NCBI GenBank assembly: GCA_030704615.1 | Contig: CM060734.1 | Coordinates: forward strand, 31,434,001-31,498,000 | Direction of reading: 5' to 3' | From: Takakia lepidozioides | Lineage: Eukaryota > Plantae > Bryophyta | Length of the DNA: 64,000 bases | Part shown: one piece after another, positions 59,101-64,000 of the stretch | How the letters are laid out: every line of letters starts with the position of its first letter | Position numbering within the stretch: position 1 is the first letter of the stretch | Position numbers and translations under genes: made by a program | The notes under the pieces: model-generated | What the model saw: only the letters and a program-made list of their open reading frames with translations | Databases searched by the model: none | Told to the model about the DNA's origin: nothing

Positions 59101-62030
59101 ACGGCAGGGGCTAACCTAGGAAAGGCGAGTACTCTGAGGGTTATGATGGCTTTGCCCGTTCTTCTTCTCCCTCCCTTCATGCACTCATTATATGATTTCA
59201 AAATGCAGGACTATTACTTGCAGGACCATTACTTACTCTTCTGTTGGGTCCTCATACTGTTGATCCCGATTCGAAACAAAGCCTTCTAATGTTGAGACTG
59301 CAGATAGCCACATCCAACAGACGTAACGTCTCAATCACATCTGACATTCTTTTGATGCAGTCTACACAGTAACAAGAACGTTTAAAAGCAATGTCACTTT
59401 CTCTTTTGCTCGTGTTTGCTTTTATATTAGCTTGAAAGAGAGCCAAGGTTGATAGACAGGAGGAATGAGAAACCTTGAAAGTGATCATCAGGATAGACAG
59501 GTACATCCAAATAGACCAGCCCACGGCGGTAAAGGGCACGGATCACATTAATGTCAAGCTCTCCCACCAAGCTCATCTCGTCCTTTCCCCCTTTGTCACT
59601 TATCACCGCCATCTCCTCTTCCGACAATTTCTTCAAGGAACGACATACTCTCATGGTCTCAGACCTATGACCATGGAACCAATGCTCTAATTCTACATGG
59701 AGAACACTTGCATGAGCAACTCCCCTACCGTAATGTCCATAGATACTAGCATCCATATCAGCAACTCTGTTCCTGTCTATCAATGAGAAGTTACAGGATA
59801 TTTGAAACTCGTCAACTAATTGGTGCTTGATGAATGCAAGTGACTAGCTGACAGACACAATAAAGCATGATGGGCAGGAGAGTTCAGAACAACGACAAAA
59901 TGGCAACAAATTCTGATAATCCGCACCCGGAACTCCTCAACCGTGAGATTGACAACACTAACAGCCCACCAGGGCTCCATGGCAAAGTCAACTGGCTGCG
60001 TGGGCAGCATCTCCTTCACAATAGACTTGTTAATCTTCCACATGAGTTTCTGCACCAGACAGTCCGTCATCCTTAATCACACGGATTCTACTAACCGAGA
60101 AATACTTGGCGGAGGTGTTTCATCTTCCCAGTCAGGACGTCTATCACAGTGAATTCGTTTAATGTATGAACTACAAACATCACTTGAGAAACAGTAACCG
60201 TCTAAAACCTTCGGCCTCTGCATTTTATACTATAGCAGCAAGACATTGGTAGCTTCCAGACTCCCTCAAAACAACAAGTGACAAAAACTAATAACATATT
60301 TGACCTTTACTTTCCTTCATAACAGCAAGACATTGATAGCTTCCAGACTCCCCGAAAATAGCAAGCCCTCAAATAATGAACCGCTCTCTCCTGGCAATTA
60401 CGTCCGTCCAATAATTGCACTATATGATGATGGTTTACATGCAGAAGAGCTAGAAATGAATAATCATCACAGGTGAGAACTCCACATGCATGACATGAAT
60501 ACCTCATTATTAGCAATGGATGTCTCTGACAGACGAAGCCACATTAGGTCACTACTAGTGGATGCCATACCTTGGCCCGACATTTATTCATAATGTCAAT
60601 GAATTCATTTCTCCCAATTCCAGTAAGTCGCAGCGCATCTGCCGCACTGAAGTTGGGTATTGAGTCATACGGTCTCTCTGCGACCGCCGACCAAAGATTT
60701 AGTTGTAGAGACCTTCTTTACTCCCGACCATCCCTGCCTGTTTCCGTCCCTGTGGACATACTAAAGTTTCTTTCCTCGTTGTTTCCACTCCTACCTCAAG
60801 CTTGCACTTCTGCTAAGCACTGAACATCCTTGAGGTACAACCCTGATCCAAACATGAAGCTGGTTGTGCACTTTGGGAAGGCTTAACCAGCTCAATCAGA
60901 ATACATTCGAGCACAATACAGATACAGATGGCAGCCAATTAAAATCAAGGGACGGTGAGGAGACATACCATTCTTCATTACTTCATACAACATCTCGATA
61001 TAGTAGCGGAATGGAGAAATTCTCTGAATGCGACATACATTTTCTGCCAAATGGTATGGAAACAACTGTTTACCAGCCAAATCAGTCCCCACCACTGGAT
61101 CAGGCCCCCCAGAAAAGAAACACATGAATTTAAAACCAGATATCTATTCGGACAGCCGAGGTCATGGGCTGTCAGGGCCGGAGCCATGTGTCTCTCAAAA
61201 TGCCAGATACTAGAATTACTTTCATGTATTCATCTTCCCTCACCTTCATTATCCATTCTTGCTCTTATGTGCACATTATGGTGCAAGATCCCCTACCTGC
61301 AATTTTCAAAGGGGGGAAAAAGGTAATGTGACAGTGAAAGTGCAGCAGAAATAGAAAGGAAGGATCGAACGCAGACACACCGCAAGGTTCTTACGTAGGT
61401 AGCGCACAAGATCCTCATAGTACTCATTCTCCTTGCAAGCATTGCGTGCCGCACATTCACCCCACTTATACCGCTTTTTAATGCAGTACTCCTTCACCCT
61501 ACAGGTCCCCATGGAATAAAGCAATTTCTGTTAAAGATTCTTCAAGTCATCTCTCTTCATGCATCATGCTCTTGATCAGTTGACATATGCCTTACACCCT
61601 TGTCACCTCCTTCTTGGATAGACATTCTGCTCTGGTTATCCTTGAAACAGACGAATCTCTGTTGATCCTGTTTCAAATGTGCATGCTCCATTGGTGGAAT
61701 CAGTCCTGCTCGTACTTGTGGTTTGTCCAATACAAACTGAGCTTTATATGCACTTAATTTGGAAGTGGGTAGGGGGAGGGGGATTGGCAAGAGAGACAGG
61801 ATTTAGAATGCCACTCTTCATTAGAAAAGAGCTTTTGACATATTCAAAGCTTGCTAAACCAGCAAAGGCAAGAACTGGATTTAAAGGACAAGATCTACAC
61901 ACCGCTTTTGATATTCTTCATTTGAAGAGAGAAAGAGTTTGAGGCGCTTGGGCAATTTGTCCCAGGGAGCTTCCTCCTGAATAGCTTTGACAATCATCTC
62001 CTCCTCAACATTTGTTGCCACACGCTGCAT
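56189..62030 (-). CDS. FAM91A1: FAM91A1 family protein (10 coding exons)
   Basis: Exon peptides in order: [30 protein letters not shown] (ATG at 62030), [170 protein letters not shown]. The last exon 56189-56450 reads [28 protein letters not shown]. Confidence 0.95.
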
Positions 62031-62497
62031 TGTTACTCCCTTGTTTTCCTTTCCGTGTTCCCCTTGTCTCTCATCTAGAACTCAATGTGCCAAAAGTAAG
62101 CAAATTAGGTGTTGGCACATTGGGCAAAATTTGAACTATGTATAAAATCAGGTGTTGACTGATCACCACCACACATTCTGACAACCTTCAACGAAAATAA
62201 GAATTCCAGACATACTAAGATCGACAAGCTCTAATTAAACCAACATACATACACATAAAATTACACGCTCTCCCTCCCTTAACTTTCTCGTATCCTGCCG
62301 TATTTTGCAAGTTATTACTAGCCTGATGAGGTTACAGCAGTCAACTGCCTCCCTAAAGCTGCTGCCAACAAGGACTCTCAACAAATCCTGGAAGTTGAGA
62401 TGTCAAACATACAACTTGCAACTTTCTAAACACACCTGACAGGACATCACACTAGTCACACTTAGGTCATTTCCACTCTCAGCTGTTGAGACAGACA

Positions 62498-62545
62498 GTA
62501 AAACTTCACAACGTCCATGGAAGCCCAAAGCGCTTATAAGAGAAT
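62498..62545 (-). mobile_element. Short degenerate family B 3' tail upstream of the FAM91A1 ATG
   Basis: AAACTTCACAACGTCCATGGAAGCCCAAAGCGCTTATAAG resembles the tails at about 11255, 14272 and 22300. Confidence 0.5.
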
Positions 62546-64000
62546 GAGTGTGTTAACAAGACAGTCAAAGGCCCTCTAGTAAGATGATCACGATTATTGG
62601 CTGCCAGATCACATAGTCTGCTCACAGAGACGTAGGCTACACACAGACACGGAAAAAACTAAGAAACACAGATCTAAATCAAGTTTTCTGGTCATAGGAT
62701 GGTCAAAACCCTGAGGTTTAAACCATGAACTAGACATATCGCAGAATTGTACCAATCTGAATAAATCGCCCGATTGTACCAGTTCTGATCTTTTCCAAGA
62801 ATGCAGACAGCGCTGGGAGGAGGCTCTTGAGTCAAATCGACAGAAGATTCTTCCTACCTTCACTTCGTCACAAACATGTAGGGAGGAAGCAAAGGAACTG
62901 ATTAGAAAAGCATGAACAATATCGTCTATTGCAACATACTGTAAAACCTGGTTGTACTCAGGTAACCCGAATTCTAGTAACCACATCTGCAGTGCACTAG
63001 TGTTGAGTATTTAATAAAATCTGGAAAGAATCGCAAACAGCAAACCTAGGGCTTCCGCTAGAGACAACGGGAATCCGGGAATCTGGAGAATAAAGGCTCC
63101 AACGCAGTCAAATTGCCGCAACATTGGTTCAAAACTTCAAAAACAGAACATCGCAGAATTTTGATGGACGCAAAGCATGAAGGAACAAAAGGGGATACTC
63201 ATATTACCAGACAAGTAAGGGAAACCGTCTATTTGATTGTATTCCGCATGATTGTGTGCACTTCAGGCCGAGAATCAGAGTCTGACCCTGCATCATAGAG
63301 AATGCGAAAGTCTCTGTTCATCTTCGCCTGCTTGTCTTTCTTTCTGCGACAGCTTCCGCAACAGAAAAGCGAGGTCCAGCACCCCCATGAAAAACAAGAG
63401 CACTTTATCATGCGTTACTTCAAACAGGTATCCGTTAAAGTTGTTGTCACATGGGATAGTTTGCATTGAATTGCGAACGGAGCCAGGGAGACGATGCTTG
63501 AGTTGAAGTGTTTGTTCTAATGCGGTAGATAGCCATGAACAGAAAAGCCAGGAGGAATCGGGGATGCATAAAACCAGCCACAATCTTCCATGCCTGTGGG
63601 CCGGATATGGATGGAAGGTGCATCAGAGCATGGATGACGATTCTCTCCCCTACCTCTCTCTCTTCTCTCACTCCACAACCTTTCTGTCTCTCTCTGGCAG
63701 TTTGACTTTGTCTCTTTGGCTGTTTATCTCCAGCCGGACCCCTTGGAAGTCAACGACACCCATAAGTTTCACTCTTACGCATAGCCACACTTCTCCTTCT
63801 CTGTCTCTTTCTCCTCTCTGAATCTGTTTTTCCTACTAGAAGCCACCCTTTCAGTATAAAAGGCTGGGTCCAGTGCTTGACGTACAAATCACTGACTCAA
63901 TTCGTATGCTCCATGAAGAATCCTGGTAAGAATTTCGAGAAAAGTAGTAGAAGATGCAAGCAAATTATGATGGTAATGGCTGAAGTATGTATTAGATCTG

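Noticed and set aside
62323-62360. CTGATGAG as a hammerhead core
   Set aside because: No correctly placed stem II-GAAA or flanking stems were found.

Overview
Eukaryotic nuclear DNA from a land plant, most likely a non-seed plant such as a bryophyte. That assignment is inferred from intron-rich GT-AG genes, plant-like proteins and the retroelement types. Four spliced protein-coding genes can be reconstructed by eye. (1) NUP205 nucleoporin (+, about 45 coding exons, 7242-32605). (2) An AlaX-type free-standing alanyl-tRNA editing protein (+, 38330-42660) with an extra transit-peptide-like N-terminus. (3) A large, mostly low-complexity protein (+, 47104-51974) whose C-terminal motif resembles the plant PCH1/At2g16365 family. 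(4) FAM91A1 (-, 62030-56189). Introns and intergenic DNA are dense with TE relics: a rearranged CACTA transposase fragment, hAT-type MITEs with 8-bp TSDs (some nested), tRNA-derived SINEs and three non-LTR retrotransposon families. The most unusual signals are non-coding. One is a structured 3' RNA module (loop-E/AGUA-GAA hairpin, middle hairpin, UNCG hairpin) shared with compensatory changes between a tRNA-SINE and an RLE-like LINE fragment. Another is a tail-less LINE family that leaves 30-70 bp micro-insertions with long TSDs, truncated at the same small hairpin. No CRISPR array, rRNA or intact TE ORF was found. All homology calls come from recalled motifs, not database searches, and exon boundaries were read manually.
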